Counted from the stretch's first letter, positions 35,803 through 45,994 are shown. The stretch: 64,000 nucleotides of DNA from Dehalococcoidia bacterium (GCA_963665215.2 CAXXWW010000017.1:289761-353760); one strand, 5' to 3'. The notes: generated by a model from the sequence alone, not told the origin. Program-made: numbers and translations.

Positions 35803-37668
35803 CTACTCATACCAGCCCGACCCAAATAGCAGTCCGTCGTGCCGCACAATCCAAGTGTGCTTCTGACGGTTCTCGCCCGATTCCGGGTTGGGCAACACAT
35901 AGTCCACCCAATGACCCGCCTCAGTGGCGCTCTGTAAGTCGTCGCCATAGAAATACCCCGTGGCGTCCACACGGAGGCTGGGATCACGCCCTCGAAACTG
36001 CGGGTTATGGTGGGCTATCGTGTAGCCGTCTGGGTCGATGATGAAGACGTACCACTGGCCGTCAATGCTCTCCTTGGTGTTGTAGTAGGCGACGGTCTCC
36101 TCCAGGCCGAGGGCGACGTAGAGGTTCGTGGCCTGCTGCACGAAGGCCTTCGTGTAGGCGGGGGCGTCGGACTTGCCGGGGCCGCGTTCGTACCAGCCGG
36201 AGCCGAAGGTAATGCCGTCGTGGATGACCGTCCAGGAGTGCTTGGTCTCCACAACACCAGAGGCGGGATTGGCATAGGTGTAGTCGAACCAGGCGCCGTC
36301 CTCGTCGGCAGAGGCGGCGACGGCGGACCCGGTGGGGTAGGAGTTGGGTCCGAGAGCCTGGGAGATGTGCTTGCCCACCAGGTCCGGGTTGGGGGCATGA
36401 GCGATGATGGTCTGGTTCTTATCGATGATGAAGACGTACCACTGGCCGTCAACACTCTCCTTGGTGTTGTAGTAGGCGACGGTCTCCTCCAGGCCGAGGG
36501 CGACGTAGAGGTTCGTGGCCTGCTGCACGAAGGCCTCCGTGTAGGCGGGGGCGTCGGACTTGCCGGGGCCGCGTTCGTACCAGCCGGAGCCGAAGGTAAT
36601 GCCGTCGTGGATGACCGTCCAGGAGTGCTTGGTCTCCACAACACCAGAGGCGGGATTGGCATAGGTGTAGTCGAACCAGGCGCCGTCCTCGTCGGCAGAG
36701 GCGGCGACGGCGGATCCGGTGGGGTAGGAGTTGGGTCCGAGAGCCTGGGAGACGTGCTCGCCCACCAGGTCCGGGTTGGGGGCATGAGCGACGATGGTCT
36801 GGTTCTCATCGATGATGAAGACGTACCACTGGCCGTCAATGCTCTCCTTGGTGTTGTAGTAGGCGACGGTCTCCTCCAGGCCGAGGGCGACGTAGAGGTT
36901 CGTGGCCTGCTGCACGAAGGCCTTCGTGTAGGCGGGGGCGTCGGACTTGCCGGGGCCGCGTTCGTACCAGCCGGAGCCGAAGGTAATGCCGTCGTGGATG
37001 ACCGTCCAGGAGTGCTTGGTCTCCACAACACCAGAGGCGGGATTGGCATAGGTGTAGTCAAACCAGGCGCCGTCCTCGTCGGCAGAGGCGGCGACGGCGG
37101 ACCCGGTGGGGTAGGAGTTGGGTCCGAGAGCCTGGGAGATGTGCTTGCCCACCAGGTCCGGGTTGGGGGCATGAGCGATGATGGTCTGGTTCTTATCGCT
37201 CATGAAGACATACCACTGGCCGTCAATGCTCTCCTTGGTGTTGTAGTAGGCGACGGTGGCATCTAGTCCTTCCGATTCGTATCTGCTGATGGCGTCCCCT
37301 ACTAGGAACTTGGTGTAGTCCCCGGGCGTCGACTTGGGAGGTACGGCCGCCGTGGCATAACTCGTGTCCAACTGCTCCTGCATCTGCTCAATGAGAGACG
37401 CGACGGTGGCCTCATCCACGAGAGCAGGTGCGCCCGCGGGCCCTGGAGGTCCGGCTGGTCCGGGTGCGCCCACGGAGCCCTGCGGCCCGGGAGGTCCCTG
37501 CTCCCCGGCGGGCCCGGCAGCTCCCTGGCAAGCAGCAATTGACAGGATAAGAGCGATGATCGGGATTACTGTGATTAACGCGCGTATTGTCAGACCTCCT
37601 GCTTGCGACGGGCGACGCCGGACCTCGCGGAGGCGGATACTATCGCTGCGCCGGAAGTGTCCAGCCAA
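35803..37668 (-). CDS. Lipoprotein with a collagen-like Gly-X-Y tract and four tandem Cache-like (sCache_2-like) domains
   Basis: It has a lipobox LSIAAC, 11 GXY triplets ([16 protein letters not shown]...) and four copies of YYNTKESxDGQWYVF..AHxxNPxLVG...Y.YxNPxSG...K..W...HDG..FGSGWYE. There is no output domain. Confidence 0.75.
   Translation of the reverse strand: MAGHFRRSDSIRLREVRRRPSQAGGLTIRALITVIPIIALILSIAACQGAAGPAGEQGPPGPQGSVGAPGPAGPPGPAGAPALVDEATVASLIEQMQEQLDTSYATAAVPPKSTPGDYTKFLVGDAISRYESEGLDATVAYYNTKESIDGQWYVFMSDKNQTIIAHAPNPDLVGKHISQALGPNSYPTGSAVAASADEDGAWFDYTYANPASGVVETKHSWTVIHDGITFGSGWYERGPGKSDAPAYTKAFVQQATNLYVALGLEETVAYYNTKESIDGQWYVFIIDENQTIVAHAPNPDLVGEHVSQALGPNSYPTGSAVAASADEDGAWFDYTYANPASGVVETKHSWTVIHDGITFGSGWYERGPGKSDAPAYTEAFVQQATNLYVALGLEETVAYYNTKESVDGQWYVFIIDKNQTIIAHAPNPDLVGKHISQALGPNSYPTGSAVAASADEDGAWFDYTYANPASGVVETKHSWTVIHDGITFGSGWYERGPGKSDAPAYTKAFVQQATNLYVALGLEETVAYYNTKESIDGQWYVFIIDPDGYTIAHHNPQFRGRDPSLRVDATGYFYGDDLQSATEAGHWVDYVLPNPESGENRQKHTWIVRHDGLLFGSGWYE
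36030..37250. repeat. Tandem 387-bp coding repeat (about 3.1 near-identical units)
   Basis: The marker ATGAAGAC(G/A)T recurs at 36041, 36428, 36815 and 37202, a constant 387-bp (129-codon) period. The units differ by a few substitutions. Confidence 0.85.
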
Positions 37669-38065
37669 ACTTCAGCCCGCGGAAGCGCATGCGCCGCTGC
37701 CAAGTCGTTGTTGCTCTGTGTGGCCCAATCGACGTACTCAAAATCGGAATGGGCGGTGGCCGTGCCCTCATCGGTTTTCCACGCGATAGCGAAGTCATAA
37801 GCCGGTTGCACGCCCGCCGTGATGGTAGTAGTGGGGCCGGTCCATTCCGGTAGGAAACGGACTTGGCGTGGACGCAAGGTGACGAAAATCGGGTGGGGGG
37901 CGATGTTCGTGCTAGGCACACCGGACGCTGCTGCTGCCGGGGCCGGGTCGCCTGCTGTCTCTAGTACAGGTAGTCGCCTATCGAACGCCACGCAAATATC
38001 TCCAAAATTCATTGGTTGAAGACCAACTTCTATTGTAGACGGTTACTATACCATAGGTGTGTTAT

Positions 38066-39699
38066 TCTGTCGTTGTTCTACGATTATGTCAGTAGCTAAC
38101 TGGTCAGCGAAAATGTCATCCCATGGAAGGAGTGACATTGACGCAGAAGGAGCAGACGAGACTTCAGGTGCTCAACAGCGTTCTGGCAGATCAGGTGGTG
38201 GTATGTCAGGCGGCCGAGGTCCTGGGAGTGAGCGAACGCCACATGAGGCGTATTCTGGCGGCCTATAGGAAGGAGGGCGCCGCCGCACTCGCCCACGGGA
38301 ATCGTGGCCGCCGACCGGCCAACACCACGACGGAGACCAAGATGACTTACGTGGTGCAGCTGGCCCGCACTCGCTACGCTGGAACGAACCATACGCATCT
38401 GACCGAGTTGTTGATGGAACGGGAGGGGATCGACCTGAGCCGCTCTACGGTGCGCCGCATCCTGGTCAGCGCCGGCGTGGACAGCCCCCGCCGCCGCCGG
38501 CCGCCCAGACACCGTGTCCGGCGCAAACGCATGGCCCAAGAGGGGATGCTGCTGCAGATAGATGGGAGCCACCATCGGTGGCTGGGGGAACAAGGACCCC
38601 GGTTCGTCCTGCTGTTGGCCGTGGACGACGCCACCGGCACTGTGCCTGACGCTCTGTTCAGCCAGGAGGAGGACACCCGCGGCTACTTCCTTCTCATGGA
38701 GGGGTTGATCCGGCAATGCGGGATACCGCTGGCCGTCTACAGCGACCGACACGCGGTCTTCAAGCATACTGGAGAGCCTCGCCAGAAGCCGGCCGGGCCA
38801 ACCCAGTTCGCCCGCGCCATGGAGGAGCTGGGGATACGCCAGATATTCGCCAGGTCACCGCAGGCGAAGGGCCGGGTCGAGCGGACGGCGGGGACATTCC
38901 AGGACCGGCTGGTGACCGAGCTGCGCCTGGCGGGCGTCACCACCATCGACGAGGCCAATGAAGTCCTGCACCGCTTCCTGCCGCGCTTCAACGAGAAGTT
39001 CGGGGTTCCGGCAGAGCACTCAAGCGTTGCTTACCGCTCTATGGAGTCATCGGTGGCCCTGGACCAGATACTCTGCTTCAAGCACCGCCGCAAGGTGGCC
39101 AGGGACAACACCGTCAAGTACAACTGGCGTACCTTGCAGCTGCTGCCTGGTAAGGAGCGGCCTAGCTACGCCGGAGCGCAGCTGGAGGTCCATGAGGGCT
39201 TGGACGGTCAGCTCCTCGTGCAGTACCGGGGACGCACGATCCCCACACAGGAGGCGCCGCCGCGCCCTGGAGTTCTCCGTGCCTCCAATGGTCCTCTCCG
39301 ATATGGCCCCGGCCTTGAGCGTAGGGTCAACGGCGTGGGCAGCCACCCCAAGGAGAGCTTGGCATCCCTCGACGCCATCGAGGCCGACAGCGCCACATTG
39401 AACGGCGGCGGCAGAGTTCGCAAGCCTCCGGCATCGCCACGCAGGACACCCACGCCGCGACAGAGGGTCCGGTGGAAGGCCGTGCAGCAGGCTAAGCTTC
39501 GGGGCCTCTCCATTCGGGCAATCGCCAGGGAGTTGGGCATCCACAGGAACACGGTCCGCGAGTACGCCGAAGCCAAGAGCCCGCCCATGATGCGCACCAG
39601 GGGCAGGTCCCGCGTATCACAGTCCGATCGTATGACAGCGGCCTAGATGGACATTTTCCCTGACCACTTAGGCGGACATAATCGCTGGACATCGACACA
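38066..39699 (+). mobile_element. ISNCY-like IS, copy 1
   Basis: It is near-identical to 57405-59038. The imperfect terminal inverted repeats contain CGATTATGTC and GGTCAG(C/G)GAAAATGTC. I see no clear target duplication. Confidence 0.8.
38123..39646 (+). CDS. ISNCY-like transposase (HTH plus rve integrase core)
   Basis: 507 aa. It has an N-terminal HTH and HGNRGRRPAN, and DDE candidates in LQIDGSHH, VYSDRHAVF and QAKGRVERT. Confidence 0.8.
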   Translation: MEGVTLTQKEQTRLQVLNSVLADQVVVCQAAEVLGVSERHMRRILAAYRKEGAAALAHGNRGRRPANTTTETKMTYVVQLARTRYAGTNHTHLTELLMEREGIDLSRSTVRRILVSAGVDSPRRRRPPRHRVRRKRMAQEGMLLQIDGSHHRWLGEQGPRFVLLLAVDDATGTVPDALFSQEEDTRGYFLLMEGLIRQCGIPLAVYSDRHAVFKHTGEPRQKPAGPTQFARAMEELGIRQIFARSPQAKGRVERTAGTFQDRLVTELRLAGVTTIDEANEVLHRFLPRFNEKFGVPAEHSSVAYRSMESSVALDQILCFKHRRKVARDNTVKYNWRTLQLLPGKERPSYAGAQLEVHEGLDGQLLVQYRGRTIPTQEAPPRPGVLRASNGPLRYGPGLERRVNGVGSHPKESLASLDAIEADSATLNGGGRVRKPPASPRRTPTPRQRVRWKAVQQAKLRGLSIRAIARELGIHRNTVREYAEAKSPPMMRTRGRSRVSQSDRMTAA

Positions 39700-39765
39700 G
39701 GTCACCAGCACAAGATCAACCCATCCGTTGTAAGATCTTTCCTGGCTGTCTCGCTCGTGATTATT

Positions 39766-39984
39766 CTACCATAGCTCTTTGCTGACGACCTCGACCAGTC
39801 GGTACTGTCCTTTCTTCATAATTACCCTCAATCTGTACACGTATCCTTCCTCGTATTCGAACCCCTCGACCTTGCGGTAGGTGACCACGCCGTTTATCAC
39901 TAGCGACTCCCTCGTTTCCGGTCCAACGGTCACCACCATATCTGAGGTGGTCTCGTTTGTCTGAACAGCGCTGCCCGGTTTGAT
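39766..39984 (-). pseudogene. C-terminal fragment of a small beta-rich protein, cut by an IS3 element
   Basis: My translation gives ..DMVVTVGPETRESLVINGVVTYRKVEGFEYEEGYVYRLRVIMKKGQYRLVEVVSKELW followed by a stop. There is no start codon and the frame opens at the IS end. The family assignment (DUF4377-like) is tentative. Confidence 0.3.
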
Positions 39985-40007
39985 AAGTGGAATCGCGCTG
40001 CCGTGCG

Positions 40008-40835
40008 TTAGGCCGCCGCGGACTCGGCAGGCGCTCTGTCAAAGAACTGGTCCGGCGTCATTCCCCCAAGGCTCGAATGGGGCCGTCCGGCATTGTAAAA
40101 CTCGAAGTACCGCCCGAGGCCAGTTCTGGCTTCCGGGACCGATTCGTAGGCTCTCAGGTACACCTCCTCGTACTTGACGCTCTTCCACAGCCGTTCGACG
40201 AACACATTATCCTTCCAGCTTCCCTTCCCGTCCATACTGATCTGGATCTCACTGGCTTTCAGCAGGCCGGTGAAGGCATCACTTGTGAACTGGCTTCCCT
40301 GATCTGTGTTGAATATCTCCGGCGCGCCGTGGCGTCCCAGGGATTCTTCGAGCGCCTCCACGCAGAAGTCTGTGTCCATTGTGACCGATACCCGCCAGGC
40401 CAGCACCTTGCGGCTATGCCAGTCCATCACTGCGGCTAGGTACACGAACCCCCTGGCCATCGGAATGTACGTGATATCCATTGCCCACACCTGGTTGGGC
40501 CTGCTCACCTCAAGCCCGCGCAGCAGGTACGGATACACCGTATGGCCGGGCCGTCGCCGGCTGGTGTTGGGCTTGCGGTACAGCGCCTCGATGCCCATCC
40601 GCCGCATCAGTGTGGCGATGTGTCTACGCCCGGAGGAGAGTCCCTCCTGGCGGAGCAGGCCTCGCATCATCCTACTGCCTGCAAACGGATACTCAAGGTG
40701 CAGCTCATCGATGCGGCGCATCAGCCCGAGACCGGCTTCGCCCACCGGCCGTGGCCGGTAGTAGATGCTCCCGCGGCTGATGCCCACTGCCTTTGCCTGG
40801 CGGGCGAGAGGCAGCTTGTGATCGCGGTCGATCAT
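40008..40835 (-). CDS. IS3-family transposase OrfB (rve)
   Basis: 275 aa with DDE-region motifs (WAMDITYIP, FNTDQGSQFTS, YNAGRPHSSLGG). The ATG overlaps the orfA stop (ATGA). Confidence 0.9.
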   Translation of the reverse strand: MIDRDHKLPLARQAKAVGISRGSIYYRPRPVGEAGLGLMRRIDELHLEYPFAGSRMMRGLLRQEGLSSGRRHIATLMRRMGIEALYRKPNTSRRRPGHTVYPYLLRGLEVSRPNQVWAMDITYIPMARGFVYLAAVMDWHSRKVLAWRVSVTMDTDFCVEALEESLGRHGAPEIFNTDQGSQFTSDAFTGLLKASEIQISMDGKGSWKDNVFVERLWKSVKYEEVYLRAYESVPEARTGLGRYFEFYNAGRPHSSLGGMTPDQFFDRAPAESAAA

Positions 40836-40876
40836 CGCCTTGCGCCCGGCAATCCCGCCTTCGTGAGCGCGGCCTC

Positions 40877-40883
40877 TAAAAAA
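40877..40883 (-). promoter_or_regulatory. Programmed -1 frameshift heptamer T TTT TTA of IS3 element X
   Basis: In the orfA frame the sequence reads GAT TTT TTA. A -1 slip reads through without stops into the orfB frame (FFRGRAHEGGIAGRKAMIDRDHK). Confidence 0.6.
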
Positions 40884-41097
40884 TCGTTCTCCAACGCAAG
40901 CTCACCGATCTTAGCGTGAAGGACCTTCATATCTACCGGCTTTTCAGCCTGCCCTGTCCCGGCCCCAAATAACTGCGCCGCCCGATCCAGCAACTGGGTC
41001 TTCCATTGCGTGATCTGGTTCGGGTGCACATCGAACTGGCTTGCCAGCTCCGAAAGTGTCCGGTCGCCGCGCACTGCGGCAAGAGCCACCTTCGCCT

Positions 41098-41128
41098 TAA
41101 CCCGACGCCCTCCTTCGGTGGATTCGGG
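41098..41128 (-). mobile_element. Solo 31-bp IS1380 left-end remnant
   Basis: The reverse complement CCCGAATCCACCGAAGGAGGGCGTCGGGTTA is identical to the first 31 nt of IS1380 copy B (53724-). Confidence 0.75.
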
Positions 41129-41808
41129 CTTAAGCTTGCCGTTGAAGCTCTCAACATACCCATTCTCCCAAGGGCTACCCGGTGTGATGAAGAGGGTTGT
41201 GGCTCCCACCCCTTGGAGCCACAACCGCACCGCCCTGGCGGTGAACTCCGGCCCGTTGTCCGAGCGGAGGTGCTCCGGCACGCCACGCTGGACCATGAGG
41301 TCCCCCAGGCATTCAATGGCATGGGGTGAGCGTAACGAGCGACCCACATGGATGGCCAGACACTCCCTGGCATACTCATCCACCACTGTCAGGAGACGAA
41401 CGGGTTTGCCGTCACTAGTACGAAGGGCCACAAAGTCGTATGCCCAGACGTGGTTCCGTCGTTGTGGCCTCAGCCGCACGCAGGAGCCGTCAGTAAGCCA
41501 GAGTCGACCACGCTTGGGCTGTTTGGCTGGTACTTTGAGTCCTCCCCGTCGCCAGATTCGCTCCACCCGCTTGTGGTTCACTCTCCATCCCTCCCATTGC
41601 AGCATGGCAGTCACCCGCCGGTACCCATATCGTCCATACCGACTGGCCAGCCGAACCACCGCCATCGTCAGGGCCTCCTCGTCGTCAGCCATTGTTGCAG
41701 TGTACCTCTGTGTTGACCGGGGTTGCTCAAGCGCCCGGCAAGCGCGCCGCTCAGAGATGCCATACCGTTCCCGTGCCAACTCCACGCATCTCCGCCGGCG
41801 AGCCGGGC

Positions 41809-42087
41809 TCAGAAGTTTCCCCGTGCTGCCTCCTTTAGAATCTGGTTGTCCAACGTCAGGTCCGCTACCGCACGCCTGAGTCGTCCGTTCCCCGCTTCCA
41901 TCTCCCGCAACCGCCTCGCCTGGTCTATCCTCAGCCCGCCATACTGCTGGCGCCATCGGTAAAACGTATGGTCCGATACCCCGATACCCCTGCATGCCTG
42001 GGCCACCGTCTCCCCTTGCGCCAGGGCCACCTCCGCTTCCCGAAGCTTCCCTATTATCTCCTCTACACTGCGCTGCTTACTCGCCAT
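41809..42087 (-). CDS. IS3-family transposase OrfA (HTH)
   Basis: 92 aa, paralogous to 55915-56193 (..FYRWRQQYGGLRIDQARRLREME..NGRLRRAVADLTLDNQILKEAA). Confidence 0.85.
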   Translation of the reverse strand: MASKQRSVEEIIGKLREAEVALAQGETVAQACRGIGVSDHTFYRWRQQYGGLRIDQARRLREMEAGNGRLRRAVADLTLDNQILKEAARGNF

Positions 42088-42141
42088 TGACTACCCCCTT
42101 TCAGCATGTCCAGTTTACGAGTCTATTACTGGACCAGTCTT

Positions 42142-43509
42142 GAGGTTACGTCAATAGGTGTGTAAACGACATCAGGCGGCGACCTTCTCAGCCGTTGATT
42201 CAATGGCGATTCCATCCGCATACTGTGCACCGAGATAGACGTCTTCGATCAACTCAGGGGCCTTCAGACGCCTGAAGCGCTGTTCGGCGACCATCAACAT
42301 TTTCCAGATCACCGCTATCGCCCGATCGACCCTCTTGTAGCGCTTGGCGGCATCGGTCCGAAGCCTGAGGGCCGCGAAGGGTGATTCTACCGGGTTCGTC
42401 GTGCGAAGGTGCCCCCAGTGCTCCTTTGGGAAGTCATAGAAGGTGACCATGCGGTCCCAGTCCCGCTCCAAGGCCTCTGAGGCCGCCTCGTAGGAATGGT
42501 CGCCGCACCACCTGGTGAACACCGTCCTGAGCCGCTCAGCCTCTGTCCGAGTCGGCGCGTAGGGGATAGTACCCAGCATGAGCTTGGCCTGGTCCTGTTG
42601 TCGCTTTGGAAGCTTGGCGAGCACGTTTACGATCTTGTGGTTCCAGCAGCGTTGCTCTGCCGCCTGCGGATAGACGTTGCGCAGAGCTCCCCAGATGCCC
42701 AGGTGTCCGTCTCCAACCACCAGCCTCGGGCAGCTCAAGCCCCGGCGCTTGATGTCCCTGAGCACCTCGGACCAGTTCTCTGTGGACTCCCTGTATCCGG
42801 GAACAGCGCTCACCACCACCTTGCTCCCGTCGCTCAGGGCCGCCATCACCACCAGTACCGCCGCCTTCTCCTTCTCAAGACCAGCCTTGACGTAGACTCC
42901 ATCCACCCACATGTAGACCACTTCCAGGTCATCGAGGGGCCGGCTGCGCCATTGGGCAAGCTCATCGTTCCACTTATCCTTCAACCGGGCCACCGTGCTC
43001 GCCGATACCGGTGCGTCCTCTCCCAGCAGCCCCCGCAAAGCCAGATCGAAGTCGCCTTCGGATAGACCGTGCAGGTACAGCTCGGGGATCAACTCAGCAA
43101 CCTTCCTGGTCCTGTTGACGAACAGCGGCAGCAGCCGGCTCTCGAACTGCTCCTCGGTATCGCGGACTCGCGGCCGCCTCAGCTGTATCGTTCCCGAACT
43201 CAGCGTAAGCCTCCGGGCTCTGCCGTATCCGTTCCGATAGCCGGTATCGTTGTCCGAGTCGGATCTGAGCGCCGACTTCGCCCTTCCCAGAAACGCCGTC
43301 ACCTCCTCCTCCAGCAACTCCTGGATCAGCCTCTGGACCTGGCTTCGCACCCAATCCTCCAACTGCTCCCACTCCGGCCTTGACTCCGACCTACTCTCAG
43401 TGCTTTCCTTCCTCATGGGCGGTCTATCTCCTCTCTTGGGCCTCGAGCCCGTGTTGTTCAGAGAGAGGGTACACCGCCTGACTGTTTACACACTTTTTGA
43501 AGATACCTC
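42142..43509 (-). mobile_element. IS256-family IS, copy 6, with an 8-bp target duplication
   Basis: CCAGTCTT is present at 42134-42141 and 43510-43517. Confidence 0.95.
42172..43416 (-). CDS. IS256-family transposase
   Basis: A 414-aa intact ORF. Confidence 0.95.
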   Translation of the reverse strand: MRKESTESRSESRPEWEQLEDWVRSQVQRLIQELLEEEVTAFLGRAKSALRSDSDNDTGYRNGYGRARRLTLSSGTIQLRRPRVRDTEEQFESRLLPLFVNRTRKVAELIPELYLHGLSEGDFDLALRGLLGEDAPVSASTVARLKDKWNDELAQWRSRPLDDLEVVYMWVDGVYVKAGLEKEKAAVLVVMAALSDGSKVVVSAVPGYRESTENWSEVLRDIKRRGLSCPRLVVGDGHLGIWGALRNVYPQAAEQRCWNHKIVNVLAKLPKRQQDQAKLMLGTIPYAPTRTEAERLRTVFTRWCGDHSYEAASEALERDWDRMVTFYDFPKEHWGHLRTTNPVESPFAALRLRTDAAKRYKRVDRAIAVIWKMLMVAEQRFRRLKAPELIEDVYLGAQYADGIAIESTAEKVAA

Positions 43510-43531
43510 CCAGTCTTTGGGGGGCAGGTCA

Positions 43532-43960
43532 TCTTCAAGCTCCAATGACAGACCGGACCAGGCTGCTGAGTGACAACGGTCCGGGATATGTCTCAAGAGC
43601 CTTCAGGGACTACCTGGGCATGGTCGGCATCAAGCACATCCTGGCGGCGCCCTTCCACCCTCAGACTAACGGCAAGCTGGAGCGATACCACCACCAGACG
43701 CTGAAGCGGGACGTAAACCAGGTGCCCTATGAGTTGCCCGCCGACCTGGAGGCAGCTACCGCGGCCTTCGTCAGCTACTACAACTACGGCGCCACCACAA
43801 CACCCTGGGCAACGTGACACCGTCAGACGTGCTCAAGGGAAGACGGCAGGAAATCCTCCGACGCAGGTGCAGGAAGGAGGTGCAGGCTCAAACCATCCAA
43901 CGGCGAAGACTCTACAACAGGACCCTCAGGGAGTTCACCAGACCTCCATCCAACTCCTGA
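43532..43960 (+). pseudogene. IS481-like (rve) transposase, C-terminal fragment with a frameshift
   Basis: LLSDNGPGYVSRAFRDYLGMVGIKHILAAPFHPQTNGKLERYHHQTLKRD, then after a frame change near 43790, ..LGNVTPSDVLKGRRQEILRRR. The 5' part is removed by IS3 element Y. Confidence 0.55.
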
Positions 43961-44117
43961 TCTCTCGGGTCTCAAAGTGTCCCACTTTTGCTGGTTGACA
44001 ACACCATAACCCGTCAGCGAAAATGGGACACCTTAGGGGGTTAGGAAACCCGAGAGAGTGAGGGGGTGGAGCGAGCTCTTGGACGAGGGTAAAGTACCTC
44101 ATGAAAGGAGCAGACCG

Positions 44118-45495
44118 GGGTTACGTCAATAGGTCGCACGTAGGTGTGTAAACAACATCAGGCGGCGACCTTCTCTAGCGTTGCCCCACCAGCGATTCCA
44201 TCCACGTATTGAGCGCCGAGATAGACATCCTCCATCAGTTCATGGGCCTTCAGACGCCTGAAGCGCTGCTCGGCGACCATCAGCATCTTCCAGATCACCG
44301 CTATGGCCCGGTCGACTCGCTTGTAGCGCTTGGCGGCGTCGGTCCTGAGTCTGAGGGCTGCGAAGGGTGACTCCACCGGGTTGGTCGTGCGGATGTGCCC
44401 CCAGTGCTCTTTGGGGAAGTCATAGAAGGTGATCATGCGGTCCCAGTCCCGCTCAAGCGCCTCAGCCGCCGCCTCGTAGGAGCGGTCGCGGCACCACCTG
44501 GTGAACGCCGTCCTGAGCCGCTCCGCCTCTGTCCGACTCGGCGCGTAGGGGATGCGGCGCAGCAGGAGTTTGGCCTCCTCCTGACGTCTCTTCGGCAGTC
44601 TATCGAGCACGTTCATCACCTTGTGGTTCCAGCAGCGTTGCTCCGCCGCCTGCGGATAGACGTTGCGCAGTGCTCCCCAGATGCCCAGGTGTCCGTCTTC
44701 AACCACCAGCCGAGGGCAGCTCAACCCTCGAGGCTTGATGTCCCTGAGCACATCGGACCAGCTCTGTGTCGACTCCCTAGTAGCCGGGAACGGAGCTCAC
44801 CACCACCTTCCTCCCATCGCTCAGAGCCGCCATCACCACCAGGATCGCCGCCTTCTCCTTCTTAAGCCCAGCTTTCACGTACACACCCTACCCACACGTA
44901 GACCACCTCGAGGTCGTCCAGGGGTCTGGCGCGCCACTTGGCAAGCTCGGCGTTCCACTTGTCCTTGAGCCGAGCGACCGTGCTCGCCGACACCGGCGCG
45001 TCCTCTCCGAGCAGTCCCCGCAAGGCCAGGTCGAAGTCCCCTTCGGAGAGGCCGTGCAGGTACAACTCGGGGATCAGAGCGGATACCTGCTTGGTCCTGT
45101 GGACGAACAGCGGCAGCAGCCGGCTCTCGAACCGCTCCTCGGTGTCGCGGACTCGCGGACGCCTCAACTGAATCGTCCCCGAAGAGAGCGTAAGCCTCCG
45201 GGGTCTGCCGTATCCGTTCCGATAGCCGGCACCTGAGTCCGACTCAGACCTGCGGGCCGACTTCGCCCTCCCCAGAAACTCCGTCACCTCTTCCTCCAGC
45301 AACTCCTGGATCAGCTCCTGGACCTGACCTCGAACCCAGTCCTCCAACTGGTCCCACTCCGGCCTTGACTCCGACCCGCTCCCAGTGCTTTTCTTTCCCA
45401 TAGGCGGTGTATCTCCTCTCTTGGGCCTTGAGCCCGTGTTGTTTCAGAGAGAGGGTACACCGCCTGACTGTTTACACACTTTTTGAGGGTACCTC
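44118..45495 (-). mobile_element. Diverged IS256-family element, decayed
   Basis: The termini are GGGGTTACGTCAATAGG..GTGTGTAAAC and GTTTACACACTTTTTGAGGGTACCTC. The transposase is broken into 44158-44751 and 44862-45401 and is roughly 85 percent similar to the main family by eye. Confidence 0.85.
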
Positions 45496-45885
45496 GGGAA
45501 GAACACGGGGTCCATCAAAGCCAGCTACGCCACCGTCGAAATGACCGGCAATTCCAGCAGTCAATACGCCGGGGGCCTCGTCGGGGAAAACCAGAGAACC
45601 ATCAAGGCCAACTATGCAACGAGCACCGTGGCAGGATACCGATACCTGGGCGGACTGGCGGGGAGGAACACCGGCACGGGGTCCATCAAAGCCAGCTACG
45701 CCGCGGTCGCGGTGACCGGCTCCGTCAGCAGTGAGGCATACGAGGAGTTGACAGAGGCGTATCGCAGGGAGCGCGCTGCGCACCGCAGAACCAAACGGAT
45801 GGCTCGAACCCTGGGCGTGGTCGCCGTCACTTTGTTCGCGCTGCTGGCCGTTGGCATCCTTGTGACGTGGCGTCTGTTCACGTAG
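45496..45885 (+). pseudogene. GLUG-repeat surface protein, C-terminal fragment with a TM anchor
   Basis: GKNTGSIKASYATVEMTG..YAGGLVGENQRTIKANYATSTV..LGGLAGRNTGTGSIKASYAAV followed by a TM helix. The frame opens at the IS end. Confidence 0.5.
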
Positions 45886-45897
45886 GAGGGCTTGCCC

Positions 45898-45994
45898 TGA
45901 TTGCACAAATGCAATTCTCAAAGCTGGCGATGTCCTCTTCGACCCTATTTCTCCGATTGCACTTCTGCAATCTCCAAAGCTGCGACTGTCCTAT
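45898..45994. repeat. Two direct ~40-bp repeats, each with an ATTGCA-N4-TGCAAT palindrome
   Basis: ATTGCACAAATGCAAT lies at 45900-45915 and ATTGCACTTCTGCAAT at 45956-45971. Each is followed by CTC(C)AAAGCTG(G)CGA(T/C)TGTCCT. Confidence 0.7.

Larger units (their letters stand above)
39981..41097 (-). mobile_element. IS3-family element X, copy 1 (left end deleted)
   Basis: Its right terminus TGATAAGTGGAATCGCGCTGCC matches the left terminus of copy 2 at 51010. orfA lacks its first ~14 codons. Confidence 0.75.
41129..43531 (-). mobile_element. IS3-family element Y, copy 1 (orfB 3'-truncated; IS256 copy 6 inserted in its left end)
   Basis: After removing IS256 copy 6, the left terminus TGACCTGCCCCCCAAAGACTGGTCCAG is reconstituted. 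orfB ends at ..SFNGKL, where the IS1380 remnant starts. Confidence 0.8.

Noticed and set aside
36007-37266. Long ORFs at 36007-37266 (plus strand) and 36015-37172 (minus strand, alternative frame) over the Cache repeats.
   Set aside because: They are artefacts of the tandem repeat staying open in several frames. Only the 35803-37668 frame gives a recognisable lipobox, collagen and Cache-like sequence.
37590-38012. A 140-aa minus ORF containing [14 protein letters not shown], a Calx-beta-like motif.
   Set aside because: It is possibly a real fragment of a surface protein cut by the ISNCY-like element. However, it overlaps the start of the Cache lipoprotein gene by 79 nt and I cannot support its limits. 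I left it unannotated.
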